A stretch of 56,976 nt of DNA from the IMG/VR virus record IMGVR_UViG_3300042556_002360, positions 1 to 56,976 of that record. One strand, given 5' to 3'. Under the pieces are notes generated by a model. It had not been told where the DNA came from and searched no databases. It worked only from the letters and a program-made list of their open reading frames with translations. The first letter of the stretch is position 1. Every line of letters starts with the position of its first letter. The position numbers and the translations under genes were made by a program. The stretch is from a virus. Taxonomy: Duplodnaviria; Caudoviricetes. Positions 21,085 to 30,820 of the stretch are shown here, in pieces.

Positions 21085-21856
21085 TAGATTAGTACACTTT
21101 TCTGATTTACATATCAGGTTATTCAAGGACCACGATTTATATCGTGGGATACTTGAGACCGCATTAAAGGAATGGGCAACACTCCAACCTGACCGTATTG
21201 TGTTTACAGGGGATTTGGTTCACTCAAAAAATCAAATGACACCAGAATTAGTTGAATTCGTTGCTTGGGTGTTATCTGAATGTGCTAAAATTGCCAAAAC
21301 CGTTGTTATAATTGGGAATCACGATTTCCTTGAAAATAACAATACCAGGTTGGACGCCCTCACTCCGATTATTGATTCATTAAAGAATGACAACATTGTT
21401 TATTTGAAAAATCGTGGAGTATATGAGGATGAGAACGTAAATTGGTGTGTATATTCTTTAATGGAACACAATCTTCCACCCGACATTCAAAAGTCGGATA
21501 AAAAGAACATTGGATTATTTCACGGACCAATTCAAGGGTTGTATACCGATATCGGATACAAATTTGAAGATGGTTTTGATACAGATAAATTCAGTGGATG
21601 TGATTTGGTTTTGTGTGGTGATATTCACAAAAGACAAGTGTTTGATATCCCTGGCGGGAAGAAAGCATATATGATTGGTTCAACCATTCAACAGAACTTT
21701 GGTGAAAAGATTACCAAACACGGGTATGGTGTATATGATATTCAGAAAGACGAGTATGATTTCATAGACCTACCAAACCCAAAACCATTCCTTTCATTCT
21801 ACATCAATTCAATTGATAACCTGGTTAATGGAACCGAAAAATTAGTTAATTACTAA
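21077..21856 (+). CDS. sbcD: SbcD/Mre11 (T4 gp47-like) nuclease
   Basis: SDLH, GDLVH, GNHD, FHG, GDIH metallophosphoesterase motifs. Confidence 0.85.
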   Translation: MINRLVHFSDLHIRLFKDHDLYRGILETALKEWATLQPDRIVFTGDLVHSKNQMTPELVEFVAWVLSECAKIAKTVVIIGNHDFLENNNTRLDALTPIIDSLKNDNIVYLKNRGVYEDENVNWCVYSLMEHNLPPDIQKSDKKNIGLFHGPIQGLYTDIGYKFEDGFDTDKFSGCDLVLCGDIHKRQVFDIPGGKKAYMIGSTIQQNFGEKITKHGYGVYDIQKDEYDFIDLPNPKPFLSFYINSIDNLVNGTEKLVNY

Positions 21857-22419
21857 TGGAAATCAAACTTGAACTTAACTCAAAAGAACATCAAGATTTA
21901 ATACGATATTGCGAATTAAATAAATTTAACCCTGAGGAGATAGTTAAGAAATCTTACTTGGGTGGGTTTATGATTGAAAAATATGGTCTATTAAGTGGTT
22001 CTGAAGAGACTAAAGAGGTTGAAGTAATAAAAGAGGTTATTAAGTATGTTGAGATTCCTGTAGTTGAGGAAAAGGAGGTTATTAAGATTGAATACGTTGA
22101 GGTTGAAAAACCAGTTGAAAAGATTGTTGAGGTAATTAAGGAAGTCCCAACTCCGCCTACGGAAGTGGAAGTTATCAAATACGTTGACAGAGAGGTTATT
22201 AAGGAGGTTATAGTTGAAAAAGATGGTGGAGATAGTCAATTGAAACCAAAATTAGATGCGCTCCAAAACACTCTTATGAAGATTAGACAAGAAACAATTG
22301 AGAAAGATAAAAAAATTAAAGAATTGGAAGAGACAATTCAAAACATTCAAAGATATCAAGAAAATAAACAAGCGGTTTATTTAAATGGGTCCAATTTGGG
22401 TAATAAATTAAACAATTAA
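21856..22419 (+). CDS. Hypothetical protein with EVIKEV-type repeats and a coiled coil
   Basis: Translation. Confidence 0.75.
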   Translation: MEIKLELNSKEHQDLIRYCELNKFNPEEIVKKSYLGGFMIEKYGLLSGSEETKEVEVIKEVIKYVEIPVVEEKEVIKIEYVEVEKPVEKIVEVIKEVPTPPTEVEVIKYVDREVIKEVIVEKDGGDSQLKPKLDALQNTLMKIRQETIEKDKKIKELEETIQNIQRYQENKQAVYLNGSNLGNKLNN

Positions 22420-22432
22420 AAAAAATAAAAAA

Positions 22433-22603
22433 ATGGTAGAACAAGTAATTTTAGACACATTCATCTCTGAAACATCATTAGGAGAATTTGCGGTAACCAA
22501 CCCAATTGAACAGGATTCAATTATTGGGTATTATGGGACTAAAGAAGAAGCCGAACAAGCTTTTAATAACCACGTCACTAACGAGAACATTATTTTTGAA
22601 TAA
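22433..22603 (+). CDS. Small hypothetical protein (56 aa; not in ORF track)
   Basis: ATG after an A-rich leader; stop overlaps the next start (TAATG). Confidence 0.65.
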   Translation: MVEQVILDTFISETSLGEFAVTNPIEQDSIIGYYGTKEEAEQAFNNHVTNENIIFE

Positions 22604-22815
22604 TGAGTGGAAGTTGTGAATGGGGAGACTGCAATTATTGCGGTAATAATGGACCCGTTGAAAGGACATATTTCCGTTATGACATTAAATGTGAATGTTG
22701 TAATAATAAACATTTTGAAATCGTTTGGCATTGTAGTAAATGCCAACCTAAAGACCCAGGAATTCGCAAAATAAAGTTAAATAACGAAGAAAGACACAAA
22801 ACAGAAAATATATGA
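22603..22815 (+). CDS. Small Cys-rich zinc-binding protein
   Basis: CNYC, CECC, HCSKC. Confidence 0.65.
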   Translation: MSGSCEWGDCNYCGNNGPVERTYFRYDIKCECCNNKHFEIVWHCSKCQPKDPGIRKIKLNNEERHKTENI

Positions 22816-23162
22816 CACAATTAATCTTATGGATGGTAATGGCTTATGGTATAAGTAACATCTTAGTTTATGGTTCAATCTTTAACGGACCGAGAAATTT
22901 CATAAACAAATGGGGTTCTAACCCACACGCACCGCTCCAAGGGTTCGGAGCATTTTTATCAAAAATGTTGGGGTGTATTATGTGTAGTAGTACTTGGGTT
23001 GGATTTTTCTACGGAATTTTCTTATATTCACCTGTACACGAATTACTCGGAGCAACTGAAATAGTTTCTTGGTTCTTTGATGGTATGTTGGCTTCAGGGT
23101 CAGTATGGGCAATCAATGCAATCGTTGAGTGGTTTGAAGAAAATAGACCAAAACAAAATTAA
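22812..23162 (+). CDS. Membrane protein with CxxC motif (DUF1360-like)
   Basis: Hydrophobic helices, CIMCSSTWVG. Confidence 0.6.
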   Translation: MTQLILWMVMAYGISNILVYGSIFNGPRNFINKWGSNPHAPLQGFGAFLSKMLGCIMCSSTWVGFFYGIFLYSPVHELLGATEIVSWFFDGMLASGSVWAINAIVEWFEENRPKQN

Positions 23163-23169
23163 AAAAAAA

Positions 23170-23343
23170 ATGAGTAAAAGAAAAAAAGAACACAGAAGAA
23201 AGGTTGCCGCGAGAAATCAAAGGATTAAATCGGAACAAAGTGCGATACAGAGATTGTTTAACGACGCAATGAAACAACAACTTGAAAAGTTGAAGGAACA
23301 AAAAGAGGCAGAAATGTCGGGAGAGACACAAACAACACTATAA
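23170..23343 (+). CDS. Small basic protein
   Basis: MSKRKKEHRRKVAARNQRIK from ATG 23170. Confidence 0.6.
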   Translation: MSKRKKEHRRKVAARNQRIKSEQSAIQRLFNDAMKQQLEKLKEQKEAEMSGETQTTL

Positions 23344-25721
23344 TGAAATGGGATTTATTCAATCCGATACCAACATACAACTATAAAAAAATGTCAACAA
23401 AGTTAGATACAACAACTTTGGAGAATCCATATATCCAAGTTATTTGGGAAGATTCTCCTGAGAATTTCACACAAGAACGAATCAAATCGGTTAAACAATA
23501 TTTCCAAAAGAAATATAACTCAACCAATATCAACGTCATAACAAAGGTTAAGACAACCGAAGATACTCAACAAACGATTGATGTATCGGTAAACATTATG
23601 GATAAGAACTATCAAAAAGAACTTATCAAGACATTGTTGGAGACCAAAGGTCAAGACCAATATTACGACCAAGTGATGAGCATTGATTCTGCGGTTGAAA
23701 ACAGAATGTTGGCTAACGAGGTTGAGGTAACTCCATTTAAGAGATGGTACATTAAAAAAATTGAATTCAATAACTTCTTATCTTATGGTGAGAACCAAGT
23801 TATTGATTTTGATAAATGTAATGGTATTACGGTTGTTGAATCAGACCCACCAAACTTTGGGGGTAAGACGGTATTAACAGTTGACTTACTTTTATTCTTA
23901 TTCTTTAACACAACAACGAAAACACAGAAGGCAGAAGAAATCTTCAATAGATTTACCGATAGTAATAAGGTTAGTGTTAGAGGGGATATTGTAATTGATG
24001 GTGAGGAATACATCATTGCTCGTCAGATTGAGAGAAAGAAATCTAAATCTGGAGAATGGAATGTTAAGACCGAATTGGAGTTCTTCAAGAAACTTGCGGA
24101 TGGTCAGCTTCAAAACTTCACAGGAGAACAACGTAGGGAGACCGAGAACTTTATGAAAACCGCCATAGGTAGTATGGATGACTTCTTAATGACTATCGTT
24201 ACCACTGCGTCAAATCTTGAGGATTTATTGGAAGCTAAACCAACCGCTCGTGGTCAGGTGTTAAGTAGATTTTTGGGTCTTGAATTCTTAAAGAAGAAGG
24301 AAGAAACGGGTAAAGAGATTTATTCAGAGTTCTCAAAGGGAATGTTATCAAATGTGTATAACACAGAATCTTTGAAACAAGATAATGAAACCTCAACCGA
24401 AGAAATCCAACGACTTAAGAATGAAATTGACGACTCTAACACAAAGATTAAGGATGTTGATTTGAGGTTACAAAAGGGACAGGAATATAAAGACAATTTG
24501 TTGAAGTCAAAGTATACAGACATTGACCAAGAATTAATTGTCTTAAACCCTGTTAAATTACAATCAGACATCACTGACCTTGAGAATGGAAGTGAAAGGA
24601 TTAAAACCCAAATAAAAGAAGTTAAGATTGTTGAACCAAAAGAGTTTTATCACGAAGACAAGCACGACGAGATTAAAGATGGGATGAAAACAACCAATGG
24701 TGACCTCGTCCTTGCTCAGAATAAGGTTGAAGAAATTGAACAATTGGTTAAGAAGTTTGGGGATGGTATTCAATGTGAACATTGCGGAATCAAATTGATG
24801 GAAGCGGAGTTGACAAAGAAAAAGATTGACGAGTTGGGTGATTGGGAAAAAAAGGTGGACACCCTTTCAAAGAAATGGAAAGACCTTGACTCCAAAGAAA
24901 AATCATACACTCAACTTAAAAAAGATTTTGATGAATACGAGAGAAACAAACTAATCAAGGAAAAGTATGAGATATCTTTAGAATCTAATGAGTTAAAACT
25001 TGGTCAGGCTAAAGAGAAACTTAAACGATACGAAGAAGTTCAAGATAAGATTAAAAAGAACAATGAGATTGATGCTCAGTTGGTGAAAGCAGGATTGAGA
25101 ATTGATGAGTTAATTGGTGAGAAACGTGGATACGAAAGAATTCAAGCAACCAATCAAAATCAAATTGAAAATCTCCAATCACGTATTGAGAAGAATAATG
25201 GTTTCATCTTGAAGATTGCCGAGGAATTTGAGAAAGAAAAAGTTTATAAAATCTACACTGAGATTTATGGTAAGAATGGAATAAGTAAGATGATTATGAA
25301 AACTATGATGCCATTAATCAACTCAGAACTTCAAAGATTACTTCAGGACTCTTGTTATTTCAACTTGGAGATTCGTATCAATGACAAGAATGAAGTTGAA
25401 TTTGTAATGATTGATAACTCAACAGGAATCGAGAAATTAATGGTATCAGGTTCGGGATATGAGAGAACAATTGCGGCAATGGCATTGAGGGCGGTTTTAT
25501 CAAAAGTTTGTTCACTTCCAAAACCAAATATTATTGTTTGGGATGAGGTTTTCGGAAAGATTTCTAACGACAATTTAGAAATGGTTGGCGAATTCTTTAC
25601 CAAAATGAAAGAGTATTTTGAAAAAATATTTGTCATCACTCATAACCCACTTGTCAACAACTGGGCAAACAATGTGGTCAAGATTAATAAGACCGATAAC
25701 ATCTCAAAAGTCTCACAATAA
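23343..25721 (+). CDS. sbcC: SbcC/Rad50 (T4 gp46-like) ATPase
   Basis: NFLSYG, NFGGKT Walker A, coiled coils with CEHC hook, SGYE signature, VWDE Walker B, VITH. Confidence 0.9.
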   Translation: MKWDLFNPIPTYNYKKMSTKLDTTTLENPYIQVIWEDSPENFTQERIKSVKQYFQKKYNSTNINVITKVKTTEDTQQTIDVSVNIMDKNYQKELIKTLLETKGQDQYYDQVMSIDSAVENRMLANEVEVTPFKRWYIKKIEFNNFLSYGENQVIDFDKCNGITVVESDPPNFGGKTVLTVDLLLFLFFNTTTKTQKAEEIFNRFTDSNKVSVRGDIVIDGEEYIIARQIERKKSKSGEWNVKTELEFFKKLADGQLQNFTGEQRRETENFMKTAIGSMDDFLMTIVTTASNLEDLLEAKPTARGQVLSRFLGLEFLKKKEETGKEIYSEFSKGMLSNVYNTESLKQDNETSTEEIQRLKNEIDDSNTKIKDVDLRLQKGQEYKDNLLKSKYTDIDQELIVLNPVKLQSDITDLENGSERIKTQIKEVKIVEPKEFYHEDKHDEIKDGMKTTNGDLVLAQNKVEEIEQLVKKFGDGIQCEHCGIKLMEAELTKKKIDELGDWEKKVDTLSKKWKDLDSKEKSYTQLKKDFDEYERNKLIKEKYEISLESNELKLGQAKEKLKRYEEVQDKIKKNNEIDAQLVKAGLRIDELIGEKRGYERIQATNQNQIENLQSRIEKNNGFILKIAEEFEKEKVYKIYTEIYGKNGISKMIMKTMMPLINSELQRLLQDSCYFNLEIRINDKNEVEFVMIDNSTGIEKLMVSGSGYERTIAAMALRAVLSKVCSLPKPNIIVWDEVFGKISNDNLEMVGEFFTKMKEYFEKIFVITHNPLVNNWANNVVKINKTDNISKVSQ

Positions 25722-25738
25722 TGTGGGACTTTTTTATT
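25706..25738 (+). terminator. Intrinsic terminator
   Basis: AGTCTCACA-ATAA-TGTGGGACT followed by a T run. Confidence 0.7.
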
Positions 25739-25770
25739 CAAAATAAATTTACTATTATTATAGTATTGTA

Positions 25771-26298
25771 ATGAAACATTTAGAATTTAATAAGATGGGG
25801 GTTAACCACAAACCAATTAAATATTGGAAAACGGATAACATAACTGAGGTTGCCATTTATCAAGGAAGTCGTGGTGAGAGACCAGACCTTGATTTTATTG
25901 TTAAGTATAAGGAAGAAGGTAAGAGACTACGTACACCAAGTCATACCCATTGGATTGTTGATTTGTTGGTTAAGGCTGAATCCAACAAGACAGTCTTATC
26001 ACAGTATGTTGATGATATGATTAAATTGTATGATGATGCAACACCATTCACAACAGTTGAAGAAAGAATAACGTATGATTTAAAAAAACCAAATTTAATG
26101 GTATCGAAATATACTACGTTACAAGGTCACGGATATTATAGCATTCAAACCTTAACAACCTTTATTGAGTTGTTTAGTAAATGTGAAAAACAATCAACAG
26201 GAGCGTTTATGTTTAGGGGATTATTAACTCTTATTAAAGAATATTGTGACGGAAAAAAAGATTTTTATCAAATTGTCGGATATTCTAAAAGAGTTTGA
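25771..26298 (+). CDS. Hypothetical protein
   Basis: 175-aa ORF. Confidence 0.75.
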   Translation: MKHLEFNKMGVNHKPIKYWKTDNITEVAIYQGSRGERPDLDFIVKYKEEGKRLRTPSHTHWIVDLLVKAESNKTVLSQYVDDMIKLYDDATPFTTVEERITYDLKKPNLMVSKYTTLQGHGYYSIQTLTTFIELFSKCEKQSTGAFMFRGLLTLIKEYCDGKKDFYQIVGYSKRV

Positions 26299-26328
26299 TT
26301 TTTTTATTGTATCTTTGTAGAAATATTT

Positions 26329-26844
26329 ATGATGAAAAAATATATAGTAACAATTTTCGGAGATTTTAAAACTAATGAAGTTTGTAATGAAATCGCAATC
26401 AATTTAACCACAATAGTAGATTCACCAAATCTTAAATTTCAATTCACAAAGGGAACATTAATATTCCATTTTGCGTCTGAGTTAGATATTGAAGAAGTTC
26501 ACGAATTTTTAGAACTATCAAGACACAATTTGTTTGATTCATTTATCTTGTCAGAATACACTGACAAAGTGTCAGTTTTTATGTCAGAAGAAAATAAGAA
26601 ACACTTATTTGATTTGGATAATAATACTGATAGTAACGGAATGGATATGGTATTTGTTCCAAAAGACGCAAATCAATGTGAAGAAGAATATGATGATGAG
26701 TTCGTGGCACTTATTTTGAATGAAGTGAAGAAAAATTTAAAAACACCAACTTTAGACCTGTTATTGGAAAAAATCAAATCCGATGGAGTTGATTCGTTGA
26801 CGACGTATGAGATTGGAATATTGGAAAATTATAGTAAAAATTAA
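26329..26844 (+). CDS. Hypothetical protein
   Basis: 171-aa ORF; TATCTTTG -7 element at 26310. Confidence 0.75.
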   Translation: MMKKYIVTIFGDFKTNEVCNEIAINLTTIVDSPNLKFQFTKGTLIFHFASELDIEEVHEFLELSRHNLFDSFILSEYTDKVSVFMSEENKKHLFDLDNNTDSNGMDMVFVPKDANQCEEEYDDEFVALILNEVKKNLKTPTLDLLLEKIKSDGVDSLTTYEIGILENYSKN

Positions 26845-26847
26845 TAT

Positions 26848-27645
26848 ATGAAAGAAAAATCGACAATACCTATTAATCAAGAAGAAATCGCGGGATACCT
26901 TAAAGACATTAGAAAACTAAAAGTAATGACTCCTGAAAGGGAGAAAGAATTGGCAGAAAGAATGCTTTCTGAGACAATCACCGAAGAAGAAAAAAAAGAA
27001 ATACAAAAAGAATTATTGGAGGGTAATCTTCGTTTTGTGATTACCGTTAGTAAGCAATATCAGAATCAAGGGTTGGATTTGCCTGACTTGATTGCTGAAG
27101 GTAATTATGGTTTAATGAAAGCCATTGAGAACTTTGATTGGTCTAAACGATTGAGATTTATATCATATGCCGTATGGTGGGTCAGACAATCAATCCTTCA
27201 ATCACTGAATGAAAACGCAAGAACCATTCGACTTCCCGTTAATGTTGTTCAAGAATTACACAGAGCAAAAAAAGATATGGATACTACAGGGTCTGAACTT
27301 CCCGACAAATTCGCATCTTTACCATATACAATTAAGATTGATGAACCATTAAATGAAGATGGAGACACTTTATTGGATGTTTTAAGTAATCCAAATGCAG
27401 AATCTGCAGATGCTAACTTATCAAGTGAGGAAACACTTAAGGGTAAGTTGTTGGATATGTTAAATATATTAGATAATCGTGAACGAGTGATTATTGAAGA
27501 TTATTTTGGTCTTTCAGGTAATACAAGGACATTGGAAGATATCGGTGGGGACTTCTCATTAACAAAAGAAAGGGTCCGTCAAATTAAAGAAAAAGCGTTA
27601 CGGAAACTTAGAAACGAAACAGGTACTTTGTTTGATTACCAATAA
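26848..27645 (+). CDS. rpoD: RNA polymerase sigma70 factor (RpoD/SigA-like, no region 1.1)
   Basis: NLRFVI, DLIAEGNYGLMKA, RFISYAVWWVRQSI, RTIRLP, LTKERVRQIKEKALRKLR. Confidence 0.92.
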   Translation: MKEKSTIPINQEEIAGYLKDIRKLKVMTPEREKELAERMLSETITEEEKKEIQKELLEGNLRFVITVSKQYQNQGLDLPDLIAEGNYGLMKAIENFDWSKRLRFISYAVWWVRQSILQSLNENARTIRLPVNVVQELHRAKKDMDTTGSELPDKFASLPYTIKIDEPLNEDGDTLLDVLSNPNAESADANLSSEETLKGKLLDMLNILDNRERVIIEDYFGLSGNTRTLEDIGGDFSLTKERVRQIKEKALRKLRNETGTLFDYQ

Positions 27646-27652
27646 AACGAAT

Positions 27653-27683
27653 TAAAGGGTGTATTTATTAAGTACACCCTTTA
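27653..27683. terminator. Hairpin after the sigma gene that also contains the TATTTAT motif
   Basis: TAAAGGGTGTA / TACACCCTTTA perfect 11-bp arms. Confidence 0.55.
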
Positions 27684-27710
27684 TATTTAGGATAAATTTA
27701 AAAAAAGAAT

Positions 27711-27992
27711 ATGAAAAATTTTATACAAAAAAACTTCACAATTATTGTAATGGTGATTGCATTACTTGGATTATTTAAAAGTTGTGGGGATTCAAGAGAA
27801 CTCTCCAAAATGAGAAAGGAAATTCAATCAATCAAAGATTCAACCTACACTAAAACAGAGCTAAATAAAGAGTTGAAGATTATGGGACTGGAATCTGAAA
27901 AAAGAATGATTCAGGCAACCGACAGAAAATTACTGGATGTTCAAAGACAGACACAAATTGAAGAGGAAATTAAATTACTAAAATCTAAATAA
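27711..27992 (+). CDS. Membrane-anchored or lipoprotein-like coiled-coil protein
   Basis: N-terminal hydrophobic stretch followed by KSC. Confidence 0.65.
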   Translation: MKNFIQKNFTIIVMVIALLGLFKSCGDSRELSKMRKEIQSIKDSTYTKTELNKELKIMGLESEKRMIQATDRKLLDVQRQTQIEEEIKLLKSK

Positions 27993-27993
27993 C

Positions 27994-28719
27994 ATGAATT
28001 GGATACAGAAAAATTTTAAAAAGATACTTTATATTGCTTTCTTGGTTCCAATTTTAACTGTTGCTGGTGTATCAATATCTCACGTAACTACTTGGTATGG
28101 GTTGTCAAACCCATTAAGTTGGGCAATTTATTTATCAGTTGGTATTGAAATTGCAGCACTATCAGCTCTTGCTGCGATATCAGCTAAGATGGGTAAAAAA
28201 GTATACTTCCCATTTGGGATTGTGACCTTGATTCAGTTTATTGGTAATATTTTCTTCGCATACCAATATATTAATGTAAATTCACCTCAATTTAAAGATT
28301 GGGTTGATTTGGTTGACCCTATTGTTAGTTATCTTGGTGTTGAGTCAGGTGACCCGATAGGACATAAAAGGTTTTTATCGTTATTTGCAGGAGGAATGCT
28401 CCCACTAATATCATTATCATTCCTTCATATGTTAGTTAAATTTGAGGAAGAAGAAAAGAAAAACACTAATACAGAACCTCAACCCATTAATACAGAACCT
28501 CAACAACCTGACATTGACATTGAAGAGATTAGTAAAATTGTTGGAAAGAAAGAGGCTGAGATTGAAGAAGAGAAATACACACCAACCCAAGAAGATTTAG
28601 ATAGGATTGAGGCAGAACTAAGAAGAGTTAACGAATCAAAGTTCGGTATTCTTGTTGAAAATTCAAAATCTGAAGATTCCGAAATTAAAAGATTAAGTTA
28701 CACCAAAAGAGATGATTAA
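27994..28719 (+). CDS. Multi-pass membrane protein
   Basis: About four hydrophobic helices and an acidic tail. Confidence 0.75.
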   Translation: MNWIQKNFKKILYIAFLVPILTVAGVSISHVTTWYGLSNPLSWAIYLSVGIEIAALSALAAISAKMGKKVYFPFGIVTLIQFIGNIFFAYQYINVNSPQFKDWVDLVDPIVSYLGVESGDPIGHKRFLSLFAGGMLPLISLSFLHMLVKFEEEEKKNTNTEPQPINTEPQQPDIDIEEISKIVGKKEAEIEEEKYTPTQEDLDRIEAELRRVNESKFGILVENSKSEDSEIKRLSYTKRDD

Positions 28720-29308
28720 CATTGAAAAATACGGAAAATTTAAAACTTTAGGTAAACAAAAGAAAAAGAAACAAATTATTTTGTGTCATACTTCAAGGGA
28801 GGTCGAGGAATACTTGGTCTCCCTTAAATATAGATATAATTCAAAGTTTGACCGAATTCCAAACTACATTGTAACTAAAAATGGTGTAATTTTACAGCTA
28901 CTTCCAAACGACGGTCATACTAATATCTTCACTGAAGACAGGGTAAATCAAAATTCGATTGTAATTTGTTTAGAAAATTTGGGATGGTTAGAAAAGAAAC
29001 CTTTAACAAATCATTATATTAACTGGAAAGGAAGTATTTATAGTGAACAAGTTTACGAGAAAAAATGGAGAGATTTCTTCTTTTGGGAACCGTACACGAC
29101 CAGTCAGATTAATTCTACAGCTGAATTGTGTAATTACCTAATAGATGAACTTCGAATAAAAAGACAATGTGTTGGTCACAATACTAAAATTGATGGTATT
29201 GTTAATTTTGAAGGAGTTGTTTCAAGAAGCAATTTTAATTCAAAATACACAGATTTAAATCCATCTTTTAACTTTCAAAACTTAGTAAATTTAATAGAAA
29301 ATGGGTAA
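28712..29308 (+). CDS. N-acetylmuramoyl-L-alanine amidase-like protein (endolysin candidate)
   Basis: IILCHT, YIVTKNGVILQL, NSIVICLE, YTTSQ, VGHN pattern. Confidence 0.65.
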   Translation: MINIEKYGKFKTLGKQKKKKQIILCHTSREVEEYLVSLKYRYNSKFDRIPNYIVTKNGVILQLLPNDGHTNIFTEDRVNQNSIVICLENLGWLEKKPLTNHYINWKGSIYSEQVYEKKWRDFFFWEPYTTSQINSTAELCNYLIDELRIKRQCVGHNTKIDGIVNFEGVVSRSNFNSKYTDLNPSFNFQNLVNLIENG

Positions 29309-29873
29309 TATACACAATGACAGGTATGACGAAATTAAGTCGTTATTAAAAAAATCAAAAATGTTACTTGAGCAAGACACTCAAGATAATGTGGCAGCAA
29401 GTATTCAGTCAAGAATTAATCAAGATATTGATTATGAGACAGCTTTAGATGATGAGGAAGAGGATAAGACACCGACACCTAAAGACAAGCAACAAAAATA
29501 CAGAGTCTCAGGGGGTATTTTGGCATTACACGGAAAAGACAGAAGTGATTTGGACATTACAACCGATGAAAAAATCGCATTCCAAGAAACTATGGATGAG
29601 TTCGTGGATGAAGTTTCCGATTTGGTTGATTTTAACACATTAAATGTGTATGAAAATAACGTTGATTGGTCAGGAAAAATCATTGATGAGGATATTGATT
29701 TCACATTCACCATTGGAGAAAATAGTGGAATATATATCAATGGAGAAATGATTAAAGTTGACGATGATTTCTTAAACGTGATTAATAAATTACAACAATT
29801 TTACCAAAAATTCAAATCTAAATGGGGTAAAGTTTTAGCGAGCAGAAAGAAAACTAAAGAATCACCTGAATAA
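29301..29873 (+). CDS. Hypothetical protein
   Basis: 190-aa ORF in operon. Confidence 0.75.
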   Translation: MGNIHNDRYDEIKSLLKKSKMLLEQDTQDNVAASIQSRINQDIDYETALDDEEEDKTPTPKDKQQKYRVSGGILALHGKDRSDLDITTDEKIAFQETMDEFVDEVSDLVDFNTLNVYENNVDWSGKIIDEDIDFTFTIGENSGIYINGEMIKVDDDFLNVINKLQQFYQKFKSKWGKVLASRKKTKESPE

Positions 29874-29874
29874 T

Positions 29875-30234
29875 ATGGAAAGAACTAAAAAATTCTTAGG
29901 TAAGAATTATATGAATATTATATTTTTAATTGTAATATCCATATTGGTTTATCGGGTATATTTAACCCCAAATACTGTTAGTACGATGAATGATGTAGAT
30001 AAATCAAAAATCGATTCATTAACTAATTTAGTTGTTGAAATTAAAAAACAACAAGATACAATTGAAAGTAACATTCAGAATGTTAATAATGAAATTGAAA
30101 CTATTGATGAAAATATTTCAAAGATAAAAAAAGACAGAAATAAAATAAGAAAAAAATACAATGAAGAAATTACTCGTATTGATAGCTATACTGAGCCTGA
30201 GCTTGACAGCTTTTTCTCAAACAGATACCACTAA
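29875..30234 (+). CDS. Single-TM coiled-coil protein (spanin-like)
   Basis: N-terminal TM plus heptad repeats; near the amidase. Confidence 0.55.
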   Translation: MERTKKFLGKNYMNIIFLIVISILVYRVYLTPNTVSTMNDVDKSKIDSLTNLVVEIKKQQDTIESNIQNVNNEIETIDENISKIKKDRNKIRKKYNEEITRIDSYTEPELDSFFSNRYH

Positions 30235-30574
30235 ACAACCTACAAAGTGTTTCCCAATCCCTGTTGTTAAGTTAATAGCGAAGGATTTGTTGAGTGGAGA
30301 CTCTGCGAAGGCTCAATTGGTTTTAGTTGAACAACAATTAACTGAAACCGAAAACAAAGTGGTTATGAAAGATAGTGTTATTACTTTATTAAGAGAGAAA
30401 GAAGTAAACTATCAAACTATCATTAAAACACAAGAGGAAAAATATTCAACGTTAGAAAGTCATACAACTAAAGTTGAGTCCGATTTAAAGAAAGAAAAGG
30501 TTAAGAATAAGACCACAAAAATTTTATCAGGTGGTGTTATTACTACATTAACAATATTATTAATTCTCCTATAA
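30161..30574 (+). CDS. Signal-peptide coiled-coil protein with C-terminal TM (spanin-like partner)
   Basis: MKKLLVLIAILSLSLTAFSQ; overlaps the previous gene by 74 nt. Confidence 0.55.
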   Translation: MKKLLVLIAILSLSLTAFSQTDTTKQPTKCFPIPVVKLIAKDLLSGDSAKAQLVLVEQQLTETENKVVMKDSVITLLREKEVNYQTIIKTQEEKYSTLESHTTKVESDLKKEKVKNKTTKILSGGVITTLTILLILL

Positions 30575-30819
30575 TGGCACTCACTAATAGCGAAACTAAA
30601 GAGATTGAAGTTATAATCCGTAAAGAAATTAAAAAATTTATGGAGAATAGCACTGTTAAACAATTTGAAGACAAATTGATGGATAAAATTTCAAAAGAAA
30701 TTAAAAGAGGTAAATTAGAAGGTGATATAAAAGACATAACCCTAAGAATGTTTCGAGAATTCTATCAATTTATGTGGATGAATCGAAGTTATTGGGAACC
30801 AAGATTAAAAAACGCATAA
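30574..30819 (+). CDS. Hypothetical protein
   Basis: Translationally coupled ORF. Confidence 0.7.
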   Translation: MALTNSETKEIEVIIRKEIKKFMENSTVKQFEDKLMDKISKEIKRGKLEGDIKDITLRMFREFYQFMWMNRSYWEPRLKNA

Positions 30820-30820
30820 T

